UHGV virus genome: UHGV-0276305
DNA: 36,129 nt
Direction: 5' to 3' (one strand)
From: a virus
Shown: positions 1 through 17,087 of the stretch, one piece after another
Position numbering within the stretch: position 1 is the stretch's first letter
How the letters are laid out: each line of letters opens with the position of its first letter
Program-made: the position numbers and the translations under genes
Notes under the pieces: generated by a model
What the model saw: only the letters and a program-made list of their open reading frames with translations
The model's database searches: none
What the model was told of the DNA's origin: nothing

Positions 1-889
1 CCATTGCAGGTCTTTCCGATAAACCACCACCTGATTCATAGGTCAATCTGTGGTTATGAGCACCAGCAGAACTTGTTGACCCACTACCAACATGGTTATG
101 GTTACCAGTTGTGTTAGTGGTCTTAGTTCCATAGTCAAAAGAGTTGGTAGTCTTAGTTCCATAGTCAAAAGCTGAAATTGACACAGTTGCATTATGAGCA
201 TGACCACCACCACTAAGAGACACGGAGTGTGAATGTTGAGGCATGTTATTAACTGACAAAGTAACAGTTGAAGCACCAAATACAGAACCTGCTGGTCTTG
301 TGTCAGAGTCATAACCAACCAATGCTCTACCTTTTGAAACTAACTCCCAAGTTCCTCCACAAATTAAGTATGTAGAAGGATTTGCAGAGTTCATAGAAAG
401 ATGGATAGTACCTACTGGATAAGAAGCCTGAACAGCCTTGTACAAGTTATTTACTGCTCTTGCTGTAGCATACTTATCTGCATCTTCGTTATAAAGGTTC
501 GATGTTGTCCAGTTCTGGACATTGCTCAACCCTACCTGTGCCTTAGTTGTATTGTGTGGGTTGCTCTTGTCCTGAATATGCTGTTGAACAAGGTTATTAA
601 CCTCTTCTGAAGACATAATCTGTAGATTTGCTCTTGCCTCAGCTACATTAACAACATCTGATAAGTTATTTGCAGCAACTAACTGAAGAGCATTAATAAC
701 ATTATCTAAACCAATTTGTGTTTTAGTAACACCATGAGGGTTATTTCTTAGGCTTGAGTGTGGAGCAAGTAATTGCTCAAGAGTACATCTCTTATCCTCA
801 ATACCCTGCTTAAGATGGAAGATATCACTAAGGTCAATTGGTAAGGCTGCTTGAGGCAAGGCACTAATTTGAATTTCACCTACCGCCAT
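1..889 (-). CDS. tail fibre / receptor-binding protein, N-terminal 296 codons only (gene runs off window start)
   Basis: ATG at 889-887 two nt after the upstream stop; frame open to position 1 (verified by hand over several stretches); translation has fibre-repeat-like motifs (TKTQIGLDNV, TKAQVGLSNV), a tail-collar-like block (PVGTIHLS..YLICGGTWELVSKGRALVG..LSVNNMPQHSHS) and tandem SFDYGTKTTN x2; not in ORF track because it is incomplete. Confidence 0.75.
   Translation of the reverse strand, partial: MAVGEIQISALPQAALPIDLSDIFHLKQGIEDKRCTLEQLLAPHSSLRNNPHGVTKTQIGLDNVINALQLVAANNLSDVVNVAEARANLQIMSSEEVNNLVQQHIQDKSNPHNTTKAQVGLSNVQNWTTSNLYNEDADKYATARAVNNLYKAVQASYPVGTIHLSMNSANPSTYLICGGTWELVSKGRALVGYDSDTRPAGSVFGASTVTLSVNNMPQHSHSVSLSGGGHAHNATVSISAFDYGTKTTNSFDYGTKTTNTTGNHNHVGSGSTSSAGAHNHRLTYESGGGLSERPAM
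118..177 (-). repeat. 30-bp tandem duplication inside tail fibre gene
   Basis: gtggtcttagttccatagtcaaaagagttg / gtagtcttagttccatagtcaaaagctgaa, encoding SFDYGTKTTN twice. Confidence 0.8.
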
Positions 890-891
890 TA

Positions 892-8910
<8,019 letters not shown>

Positions 8911-8911
<1 letters not shown>

Positions 8912-9150
8912 TACATTTTTCCTGCTCTTCTAAGTTCGTTGTAAGCAATTTCCTCTTTATACGACCTCTGAATTTCAAGAAATTGTCTCAATGATAATAA
9001 ATCAGAGAATGTCATAGCAAAGAGTTGGTCAAGTGTTTCTTTACACCCTTCCATACCATAAATAGCAAGCACAAATTTCATCTCGTCTGCTTCTTCATAG
9101 GTTGCCTCTACAGCAGCATCAGTTAGTGGTGTCTGTAGAGTGTTACCCAT
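8911..9150 (-). CDS. tail assembly chaperone, frameshift-extension ORF (GT-like C-terminal part)
   Basis: 79-aa ORF in the -1 frame relative to the upstream chaperone; frame stays open upstream across the chaperone stop. Confidence 0.6.
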
Positions 9151-9152
9151 GT

Positions 9153-9551
9153 TTACTGAGAAGTTAGGCTTTTGAAAATGCTTGCTTCGAAAAAACTTCC
9201 GAAGTTTGCCTCCAGCGCAAATGCTAAGTAATCAATAAATTCACCATAGTTTGCTTGGAAGTATGTATCAATATTAAGTGGGAAGTCATCAACAGTTGCC
9301 CCTTGAAATAATAAGGTAGCCATCTCTTCAAGGTTAATTTCTTCAATTCTGTCAAAACAAGCTTCAACAAGTTCTTTAAATGGAACCATTGGAGCTTCTT
9401 TCTTACCCTTGTCAGTCAGACTTGACAGCATCTGTGCAAAAGTTGGAACAACAATTTTACCCAACTTCATAGACATCTTAATACCATCTCTTGCCCCAAG
9501 CAGAATGATATTCACTTTCTTACCGTTAATTACTCTAGATTCTGTTTTCAT
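9153..9551 (-). CDS. tail assembly chaperone (G-like)
   Basis: 132-aa ORF between tube and tape measure genes; contains slippery U_UUU_UUC about 40 nt before its stop. Confidence 0.6.
   Translation of the reverse strand: MKTESRVINGKKVNIILLGARDGIKMSMKLGKIVVPTFAQMLSSLTDKGKKEAPMVPFKELVEACFDRIEEINLEEMATLLFQGATVDDFPLNIDTYFQANYGEFIDYLAFALEANFGSFFEASIFKSLTSQ
9189..9195 (-). other. candidate -1 programmed ribosomal frameshift slippery heptamer (U_UUU_UUC)
   Basis: plus-strand gaaaaaa = minus-strand UUUUUUC, in-frame as U UUU UUC in the 132-aa chaperone; a -1 slip reads FFRSKHFQKPNFSVN then continues into the 79-aa ORF. Confidence 0.55.
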
Positions 9552-9577
9552 TGTGATTCCTTAATACTTTTAAAAGA

Positions 9578-9613
9578 AACAAAAAAGGGGAAGACCTTTT
9601 AAAGTCTCCCCCT
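9578..9613 (-). terminator. intrinsic terminator between tube and chaperone genes
   Basis: minus-strand RNA forms a 9-10 bp GC-rich stem (GGGGGAGAC / GUCUUCCCC) followed by UUUUUUGUUUCUUUU. Confidence 0.6.
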
Positions 9614-9624
9614 TATAGGATTTA

Positions 9625-10071
9625 TTAAACACTTGACGCTGGAATTGTAGAAGTGTAGTCTAGCTTCTCACAACCAAAAATCCAAGTTTTAGAGTTCTGG
9701 TCACGACCAAGTTCAATCTGTGGTAATTCCTGCAACCAAGCATTAATACCAGTTGCCAGAACAGAGCCTGATGGGTCGTAGATTACGAAGTTAGAAGAGA
9801 TATCTTCTTCAAGTTCCATATTGTCTTGTTTAGCTTGAATTGCAGAAAGCATCTGGTTAGAGAGAGAAGTCTGCATTAACTCAATCTCAATAGTACCTGT
9901 CTTGTCTGCATTTCTTGTCAGAGCAACCTGACCACCTGCACCAACAACTGGTGTCACAAGTGGTGATGTTCTCTGTAGACGCAAGAATGAGTCTGGAGCA
10001 AAGCCTTCAATGGCAATACCATTCCAGCTACATACAACGTCTTTAGGGGAATATTGCTGATACATAGCCAT
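9625..10071 (-). CDS. tail tube protein
   Basis: 148-aa ORF immediately downstream of sheath gene; positional and size-based. Confidence 0.6.
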   Translation of the reverse strand: MAMYQQYSPKDVVCSWNGIAIEGFAPDSFLRLQRTSPLVTPVVGAGGQVALTRNADKTGTIEIELMQTSLSNQMLSAIQAKQDNMELEEDISSNFVIYDPSGSVLATGINAWLQELPQIELGRDQNSKTWIFGCEKLDYTSTIPASSV

Positions 10072-10086
10072 TCCAATTTACCTCTA

Positions 10087-11439
10087 TTATTCGTAAGCCA
10101 CTGTACCTTTCAAGTCAACATCCAAGATAGCCCCTGCTAAGATACCTGCGAAGGTAACGTCTTTCAGGATACGTGCTTTCTTGTCTGCTAAAGCAACTTG
10201 AGAGGCTTTAGGAACATTAACTGTGTAAGATGACAGGAAGTTTCTGTTGACTGCTCTTTGCAGAGAGGTTTCAATGACTTGACGAATACGGGTAATACCA
10301 GTATCATCATAAGTAATCTTACCACCCTTCTGGTTAATTAGCAAGTCTCTCAGAGAAGTTTTCAGGTCTGATTCTAACCAGTCAACACCACGGACGATAT
10401 CAATCCATTCCCCACCAGAAGTAATCCCTCTACGAACCACTGGAACACCACCATCAAGGTCAATAAAGTTACAGTGACGTACATCTAAAGCAGACTTCTG
10501 AATACTTGTCAGAGGTCTCTGATTAGATGGTTGTAGAGAAGCTGCTACACCAGTTAGCTGAGCATTACCCCAAGCAATTGAACCTGCATCATATGGAGCG
10601 CCATAAGCAATGTATGCCATCTCTGGATAGTCTTCTGCTGCTGCGTGATGCCACAAGCAAACTGTACGAGTGTACATATTCTTAGCAAGCTGTGCTGGAA
10701 CATCATTTGCACTGGCTAATTCTGTACCTTGCAGGGCTGTTACATCGGAGTTAGCTGTAAAGAAGATTTTCTTGCGAGCCTGAATCTCAGAAGCCATTGC
10801 TAAGACAAACTGTTGAGTTCTGTCTTCTGCTGCAATGAAATACCAGTCAGTAGAGTAAGCTTCGATAGCTGCTAGAGCAGTTGATGCTGTATCGGCAGTT
10901 GTACTTGCAATATATACAGTCTGTGCTGTGGTTGTTACTTTCACAAAGTCATTATCACCAGCTTTGGTAATAATCATTGTGGCAGAGCCATTGCTACCAG
11001 TTACATTCACAGAAACCTTATCTTTGATTGTTGGGTCAGCTTCAATCTGTGTTTTAAACTGTTGCAACACTACTTCAGCAGTGTCTGAGTCTTGCGCTGT
11101 ATACTGGTATGGTTGAGAAATTCCACCGCCAGCAGCTACAGTAATCGAGTAGTCTGTACTTTCAGTAACGGCATCAGGAATTGATACAGTGTACTGCATA
11201 GCACGTCTACCAATATAAAGCTGAGTTACTTTAGGAGTCTGACTCCAAAGTTGTTTAGCAGCCTTATATGCAGCAGAGTTTTCATCGAAATCTTCAGCAA
11301 CTTCAGTTAAGGAAGTGTAACCACGGACTCTTTCTTCAAAGTTATCTGTTGAAGCTAAGAATAGTGGCAAACCAAAACCTTCTCTTGTAGTTCCTGCGGT
11401 GTTCAATGTAATATCTACATTAACAATTGGATTCCACAT
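10087..11439 (-). CDS. tail sheath protein
   Basis: 450-aa ORF immediately upstream of tube gene; positional and size-based. Confidence 0.6.
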   Translation of the reverse strand: MWNPIVNVDITLNTAGTTREGFGLPLFLASTDNFEERVRGYTSLTEVAEDFDENSAAYKAAKQLWSQTPKVTQLYIGRRAMQYTVSIPDAVTESTDYSITVAAGGGISQPYQYTAQDSDTAEVVLQQFKTQIEADPTIKDKVSVNVTGSNGSATMIITKAGDNDFVKVTTTAQTVYIASTTADTASTALAAIEAYSTDWYFIAAEDRTQQFVLAMASEIQARKKIFFTANSDVTALQGTELASANDVPAQLAKNMYTRTVCLWHHAAAEDYPEMAYIAYGAPYDAGSIAWGNAQLTGVAASLQPSNQRPLTSIQKSALDVRHCNFIDLDGGVPVVRRGITSGGEWIDIVRGVDWLESDLKTSLRDLLINQKGGKITYDDTGITRIRQVIETSLQRAVNRNFLSSYTVNVPKASQVALADKKARILKDVTFAGILAGAILDVDLKGTVAYE

Positions 11440-12039
11440 TTATTTTACCCCTTTGGAGTCTACATCTAGATGGATAGTATATTCTGGTGGCTCTTGTCCT
11501 TCTTCATAAACCAACTCACCATCAACAATGACACGCTCAATAATACTTCCACGTTCATCTTTCAGGACTGAGTTTTTTACAAGAGTTACAACAAGAGGTG
11601 CAGAATTTTCGAAATCTGTATTGAGATAAGTGTAATTATTTGGGATTGCTCCAGTGTCCAGTACTGTAGCTCCTGTTTCTTCAAGGATTAAATCTCTGAC
11701 TGAACTCATCTCTAATCTTTGTTTAAGCTCAAGCATAATACTGTGAGCACCTTTGCCATTTACCGTAATTAATACTGGAATCTGAAAAGCAATTCTGTAG
11801 CAAACTACATCATCCTCAACAAACTTATCAAGAACCCAACCATAAGGTGTTGCGGCATCTTGACAATATACGGTAATAAATGGCTGGTCAGGTTTTAAAC
11901 CTTTGTCATTTGAGTTATCAGAAGGGTAAGCTCTAATTACGTTTGGTCTATTATTTTTATCACGAGCTAGTCTGTGACCAATAACATCCACTAAGGTTCT
12001 AACTAGACCTTTTTCAAGTTCTGCTGTTTCTAACTGCAT
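11440..12039 (-). CDS. hypothetical protein (tail completion / head-tail joining region)
   Basis: 199-aa ORF. Confidence 0.45.
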   Translation of the reverse strand: MQLETAELEKGLVRTLVDVIGHRLARDKNNRPNVIRAYPSDNSNDKGLKPDQPFITVYCQDAATPYGWVLDKFVEDDVVCYRIAFQIPVLITVNGKGAHSIMLELKQRLEMSSVRDLILEETGATVLDTGAIPNNYTYLNTDFENSAPLVVTLVKNSVLKDERGSIIERVIVDGELVYEEGQEPPEYTIHLDVDSKGVK

Positions 12040-12415
12040 TCATTTTATCCCTTCTAATAATGATATATTCATAATGGGACGTATGGGCTAATTGCTGTGA
12101 CCAATCCATAGTCATAAATACTTCATACTCATGACCATCAATCATAACAATATCAGACTCATTCCACTCTACATCATCTGAAGTTCTAAGTTTATATGTG
12201 GTATACAGGATTCTTGTATCGGTAAGTCTAATACCTTCCGGTAAAGCAATCTGTGTACCATTCTTTACAGAACCTTTGATATATGGCTGGATATTACCTT
12301 TACAGTTAACCTCCACAATATCTTGTGAAGATACCCAATCACCATCATCGTTATAATAACCGTCTTCAGAGACTTTGCGCTTTACTACAAAGCTGTGTCT
12401 GTTTAAGAGTCTCAT
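12014..12415 (-). CDS. hypothetical protein (head-tail joining region)
   Basis: 133-aa ORF. Confidence 0.45.
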   Translation of the reverse strand: MRLLNRHSFVVKRKVSEDGYYNDDGDWVSSQDIVEVNCKGNIQPYIKGSVKNGTQIALPEGIRLTDTRILYTTYKLRTSDDVEWNESDIVMIDGHEYEVFMTMDWSQQLAHTSHYEYIIIRRDKMNAVRNSRT

Positions 12416-12894
12416 TTCTTAATACCCTTCTTAGTAGAAATTTTATAAGCAAGGTTATCTCTTAAGTCACCTGTCTCAACAAGAGGTGCGTTAAAGCCTT
12501 TTTTCTTGACTGTGGAAGGTGCGTTAGGAGGGAGGATAGCAGAATTACCAAAACCTCTTTTAATTGCCTTTTGAGCATTCTTTGCAAATGCTTCTAAGGT
12601 ATTTGAAGGGTCTGTGTTGAGACTGCTAAGTTGCTTATATAGATTCTTCTTAGTCTGCTCTAACAAGGTCTGTTTGTTTAGCATCATAGTGATTTCAAAC
12701 AACCTACGATATACTTTACCAGAAGCTGAAGGAACCCCAATAACTTCTTGTAAATACATTAAAGCAGGATAAGAAAAACCAGAGCTATGTTGACCTTGTT
12801 CTTGAAAATACCCAACTTGAGCATTAGCCGTTTGCAAGTTCTTCATAGCCCCGACTAATTTTGCTCTAGCGGGGTGAATAACCCTTTTAACCAT
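12412..12894 (-). CDS. hypothetical protein (head-tail joining region)
   Basis: 160-aa ORF. Confidence 0.45.
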   Translation of the reverse strand: MVKRVIHPARAKLVGAMKNLQTANAQVGYFQEQGQHSSGFSYPALMYLQEVIGVPSASGKVYRRLFEITMMLNKQTLLEQTKKNLYKQLSSLNTDPSNTLEAFAKNAQKAIKRGFGNSAILPPNAPSTVKKKGFNAPLVETGDLRDNLAYKISTKKGIKK

Positions 12895-13343
12895 TATTCA
12901 TCTCGCTCGATAATAAATACGCCATTAACACGGTTGCAGTAATCTCTGCCTTCGTATCTGGCAGCATCACCATATTCTGTGTATTTCTTGACAGAGCAAG
13001 GATTATGACGACGCATGTCAATATCACACTGATTAATACCACCTGCATAGGGTAGTCCTGAAACAGAGCTTTTAACAAGGTCGTCATAAACAGCTTTCAG
13101 AGATTTGAATCTGGAAGAGTTACGTAAGTAAACACCACCAACTTTCTCATCTCCCATCTTGGCTACTTGAAAGAGTAAATATTTAAGAGCTTTGATGGCT
13201 GCTTTCTTTTCATCCTTTCCAGATTCTAGGTAGAACCACTCTAGCACAGACTGTTCAATAAGAATTTCGTCATTATTGGTGTCTGTGCAGAGGATTCTTA
13301 CTCTATCAAGAGGGTTATTGGCTGGGTCGCCTGTATAACACAT
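12894..13343 (-). CDS. hypothetical protein (head-tail connector region)
   Basis: 149-aa ORF downstream of capsid gene. Confidence 0.45.
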   Translation of the reverse strand: MCYTGDPANNPLDRVRILCTDTNNDEILIEQSVLEWFYLESGKDEKKAAIKALKYLLFQVAKMGDEKVGGVYLRNSSRFKSLKAVYDDLVKSSVSGLPYAGGINQCDIDMRRHNPCSVKKYTEYGDAARYEGRDYCNRVNGVFIIERDE

Positions 13344-13364
13344 TCATAACCCTCCTTAAGAATA

Positions 13365-14474
13365 TTAGTCTTTAGCGTCAGAACGAACATCTACCAGCAA
13401 CTGAGGACGAGTACAGTATGGCAGCATGTAAGAGTGAGCTTCAAAGTCGATACCTTCGTCACGGTCTTTTTCGTATTCGAATACGTATAGTTCCTGACCA
13501 AGTGTATTCGCATAACCCATCTTAGGACATGGGCCATATGCCACTTCGAAGATGTTGTTTGCTTCACCCAGCATAGAAACGTTAGGGAAAGCATGTCCTA
13601 CACCTACAGTTCCATCCTGAGTAACACCATCAATGCTAACCAGAGTGTGAACTTTACCACGCTTGTCTTTGAACTTACCGTTGTACTGGACAAACTTAAC
13701 ACCACCGTAGTAGAAGGTGTTCATATGAGCCTGAACGCCGTCAGCACCACCAGTTCTCAGAGAACCAGTAATCTGTTGCCAAGCCAGTGGAGTCTGCTGT
13801 GCAAGATAAGCGTCACGAATCTTAGGATGCTTAACCAGTTTGCTGAAGAATACACGGTCAACAACTACGTGAATCTCTTCACCGTTGATTACAGTGCCAG
13901 TCTTAGCTTCATCTTCCATGTGCATACGCAGTTCTTCAATAGAAGCGTCGATATCAGCATTAGGATTGTCAAGGTCGAAGTAAATAGTCTTCTTCTCAAC
14001 GTCGAACTGCTTGTACAGGTCAGCGTACAGAGTACCACGAGCATCAACAACTTTACCCTTCAGAGCTTGCATAAACAGGAACTCACGAGTAATATCGAAC
14101 TTGGTACGAATCTTCATCAGCTTCTTAGCACGTACTACAGCTTCAGTAGTCAGTTCGTTTGCAGTGCCTGGCTGACGTACACCCTGAATCTCATCAGGAG
14201 TAATGCTTTCAACTTCTTTGAAGTACATCATTGGGAAGCTGATTTGACGAACACGCTCAGGTGCGCTAGTCTCTGCTTTACGGCTATCACGGTCTACCGC
14301 GTCAAGCAAGCTAACATCCCAATCAGTCAAGTCCATAAGGAAAGTAGTTTGGGTGATTGGTGCTGAACGGAATAGACCTAAGTTGGAAATATACCCATAA
14401 GTATTTGGGATAGACTGGACTTCACCAGTCAGGTCAGCAAGGAAAAATCTGCTTTTTTCAGAATTAGTCAACAT
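13365..14474 (-). CDS. major capsid protein (possibly lambda gpE-like family)
   Basis: 369-aa ORF after protease and decoration genes; GGAG Shine-Dalgarno; noticeably GC-richer third positions than neighbours (high-expression bias). Confidence 0.7.
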   Translation of the reverse strand: MLTNSEKSRFFLADLTGEVQSIPNTYGYISNLGLFRSAPITQTTFLMDLTDWDVSLLDAVDRDSRKAETSAPERVRQISFPMMYFKEVESITPDEIQGVRQPGTANELTTEAVVRAKKLMKIRTKFDITREFLFMQALKGKVVDARGTLYADLYKQFDVEKKTIYFDLDNPNADIDASIEELRMHMEDEAKTGTVINGEEIHVVVDRVFFSKLVKHPKIRDAYLAQQTPLAWQQITGSLRTGGADGVQAHMNTFYYGGVKFVQYNGKFKDKRGKVHTLVSIDGVTQDGTVGVGHAFPNVSMLGEANNIFEVAYGPCPKMGYANTLGQELYVFEYEKDRDEGIDFEAHSYMLPYCTRPQLLVDVRSDAKD

Positions 14475-14507
14475 TGTAAAATTCTCCAGAATGTCTTATT
14501 ATTGTTA

Positions 14508-14885
14508 TTACAGGCCAGTTGGTACGAAATCAATACCTTTAGCAGCCAGAGCTGTCTTGACTGCATCAGCATCAACACCTGATTCAAGAGTAAGCAGGTC
14601 TTTTAGTTCTGCGTCACGGTAAATACCAACAACTTTCAACTGACCGTGGTAAGACAGTTGTAGGTCTGCGTAAAAGTTAACGATACATACAGAATCAGCC
14701 TGAGCTTCTTCCCCTGCTGCAACTTTAGTACCATCTGCTTTCAGGACTTCACCTACACGGTATTCTGTTGAAGCAACTGGAGTGTACTCTTTGCGAGAGT
14801 GACCTGTTGGGGTAACCTGTTCCCAAAGAATGATATCATTCAGAGGTTCTCTTTTACCTAAGTGAGTAAAACCTTCATATGCCAT
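14508..14885 (-). CDS. head decoration protein (lambda gpD-like)
   Basis: 125-aa ORF directly upstream of capsid gene; N-terminal EGFTH resembles lambda gpD N-terminus (recollection). Confidence 0.5.
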   Translation of the reverse strand: MAYEGFTHLGKREPLNDIILWEQVTPTGHSRKEYTPVASTEYRVGEVLKADGTKVAAGEEAQADSVCIVNFYADLQLSYHGQLKVVGIYRDAELKDLLTLESGVDADAVKTALAAKGIDFVPTGL

Positions 14886-14896
14886 TATTGTGTTCC

Positions 14897-16243
14897 TTAT
14901 TTGATAAGAGATTTTAGAGCATTCTGGAGAGCCAGTTTGCGTTGTTCAGCGGTGTCTTCGGAAGCATTCTTAGCTGGTTCTTTTTCTTCTTCAACCAAAT
15001 CAGCTTCGCCGTCATTACCCATTTCTTCCATAGCATTAGAATGTTCAAGAACAGCACCAGCAGTTTCTTTCAGCTTGGTAATTTCTGATTCTTTTTCTTC
15101 CATTGCAGAAGCATGGGACGCGATAGTTTCATTAAGTTTCTGGTTAGCACCTTCCATAGCATTCATAAACAGAACGCTCAGAGGGTTATCAAGACCAGCA
15201 CCTAAAATAGTCGTTGCAGCTTCTTTTGCATCAAACCCAAAAGCTTCAGCAGAAGCAGAAATCTTATTAGTCAAATCTGACAAAGCAGCTTCCTGTTCTT
15301 TAGCTTTCATTTGAGCAACCTGAAGACGCAAAGCTTCTAGTTCTTGCTTTTCTTGTTCAGTCATTTCTTCACCTGAATTGTTAACGTTTAAACTTACAGG
15401 AGCCTCTTCAGAACCTTGTAAGTAATTTAAGAAATCATCTTGAGACATGATTGAGTTAATTAAACCAAGTTCAAGAGCTTCCTGAGCAGAATAAACATTC
15501 GCCTCAGTATTCTTTACAGCTTCTTCAGAGAGATTACGAGATTCAGCTACAAAGCCTGTAAAGGTTGCGTAGGTATCATTAATTCTCTTTTGAAGTCTTT
15601 CTTTGCTTTCTTCTGAAAGTGCTTGGAATGGTGAACCCATACCTTTAAACTCACCAGCTTTGATGACGTTAATTGTTACGCCATTCTTTTCAAATGCCTT
15701 AGTTAATTCCTGATGAACCATGATTACACCGATAGAACCAACATCTGCATCTGGTGATGCAATAATTTCTTCAGCAGAAGATGCAAGAGCATATGCAGCG
15801 GAACAAGCGAACTCATCTACATAAGCAATAATTTTCTTTTGGCCTCTTGAAGCCATGATATGACGTGCTAATTCAAAGCAACCTGAAGCTTCACCACCAC
15901 CAGAATCAATATGCAGAACAATAGTCTTAATTGACTCATCTGCTAAAGCTTCGTCAAAGCCTCTACGTAAACCTTCATAAGAGCTTAAACCACCAGTACA
16001 CATTGCATCAATGAATGTCATACGATGAGTTAAACCACCCATAATAGGGATAATAGCAATATCATCTTTTACTTTTAAAAGACTTCTTGCTTCGCCTTTG
16101 GGTTTATCAAAGTTTACTGCTGCTTGGACATCACCCAGCAATCTGTTATTCACATAAGTTGCTGCTGAGTGAGCTAATGATTCAGTGGCTAGTAAAGGTT
16201 GGTTGAATAATCTATCAGCAAGTCTGAAGATATTCGAACTCAT
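14897..16243 (-). CDS. prohead protease (S49/ClpP-like) fused to scaffold-like coiled-coil domain
   Basis: 448-aa ORF; HIDSGGGEASG and CSAAYALAS blocks typical of ClpP/SppA-type serine peptidases; Glu/Ala/Lys-rich helical C-terminus. Confidence 0.8.
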   Translation of the reverse strand: MSSNIFRLADRLFNQPLLATESLAHSAATYVNNRLLGDVQAAVNFDKPKGEARSLLKVKDDIAIIPIMGGLTHRMTFIDAMCTGGLSSYEGLRRGFDEALADESIKTIVLHIDSGGGEASGCFELARHIMASRGQKKIIAYVDEFACSAAYALASSAEEIIASPDADVGSIGVIMVHQELTKAFEKNGVTINVIKAGEFKGMGSPFQALSEESKERLQKRINDTYATFTGFVAESRNLSEEAVKNTEANVYSAQEALELGLINSIMSQDDFLNYLQGSEEAPVSLNVNNSGEEMTEQEKQELEALRLQVAQMKAKEQEAALSDLTNKISASAEAFGFDAKEAATTILGAGLDNPLSVLFMNAMEGANQKLNETIASHASAMEEKESEITKLKETAGAVLEHSNAMEEMGNDGEADLVEEEKEPAKNASEDTAEQRKLALQNALKSLIK

Positions 16244-16254
16244 TTTTACTCACC

Positions 16255-16587
16255 CTATTTGTTTAAATCTACAGAGACTGAAGAGATAACATAGATACCT
16301 TCTTCAGCAAAGAATTGAGGTTTGCTAAGAGCACCAGTTGCCACGCATTTATCGTTAGCATCCCACAAGCTATAGTGTGAGACCGTTGCAGAAGCTGGAA
16401 CAGTAATATTAACTGTATCTTCTGAGGCAATTAAGCCATTATCCGGTTCAGAAAAATAAATAGCCACTGGCTGAGTAACCTTATTTGCTGTAGGGTCTGC
16501 CGTTGGGTCTACATTGTGTAAAATAATAGTCGTTGGGGTTAGCGTGGCGAGGATTTTATTCTTACCATCAATAGTTAATGTTCCCAT
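16255..16587 (-). CDS. hypothetical protein
   Basis: 110-aa ORF between portal and protease. Confidence 0.45.
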   Translation of the reverse strand: MGTLTIDGKNKILATLTPTTIILHNVDPTADPTANKVTQPVAIYFSEPDNGLIASEDTVNITVPASATVSHYSLWDANDKCVATGALSKPQFFAEEGIYVISSVSVDLNK

Positions 16588-17087
16588 TAATTAAACCTTA
16601 CTTTTTGTTTAAGGACTGTTGAATGGTTACCAGATTCATCTACCACATTTACAATCATATTATATACTTTACCTTTGACAAGTACTTTGTAATCATTTTG
16701 TGAAAAAATGTACTCAAGTCTGTTTGTTTCTTTATTAACTGTCATTGGAGATTGAAATGCAGTGTCGAGGGTAATGAAAGCGGCTTCAATGCTATTAACA
16801 TTGATACGTTTATTCTCGCAGTTATATAACTTTACACCCAAAAGGCATGAACTGTCAAATGGAATTTTAACAATTTCACTACAATTTCCTAAAATAAACG
16901 GTTTTCCACTCATTGGTGCATCAAGTAACCTGCAAATAGTGAAAACGTCAGAGGTTCCACCATCACTTACATAACCTGAAAGGCTGACCCTTGAGCCAGC
17001 CTCTACAGATAATTTGTCAGTGATAATAAGAACACCTCTATACGAATGCACTCGTGTAGCATTTGAAATAGAGATAACTTCAGCCAT
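16587..17087 (-). CDS. hypothetical protein
   Basis: 166-aa ORF, start overlaps portal stop. Confidence 0.45.
   Translation of the reverse strand: MAEVISISNATRVHSYRGVLIITDKLSVEAGSRVSLSGYVSDGGTSDVFTICRLLDAPMSGKPFILGNCSEIVKIPFDSSCLLGVKLYNCENKRINVNSIEAAFITLDTAFQSPMTVNKETNRLEYIFSQNDYKVLVKGKVYNMIVNVVDESGNHSTVLKQKVRFN

Noticed and set aside
43-610. ORF-track entries 43..318 (-) and 401..610 (+)
   Set aside because: They lie in wrong frames or antisense within the tail fibre gene, whose real frame (ATG at 889) is open across this region and gives a coherent fibre-like protein
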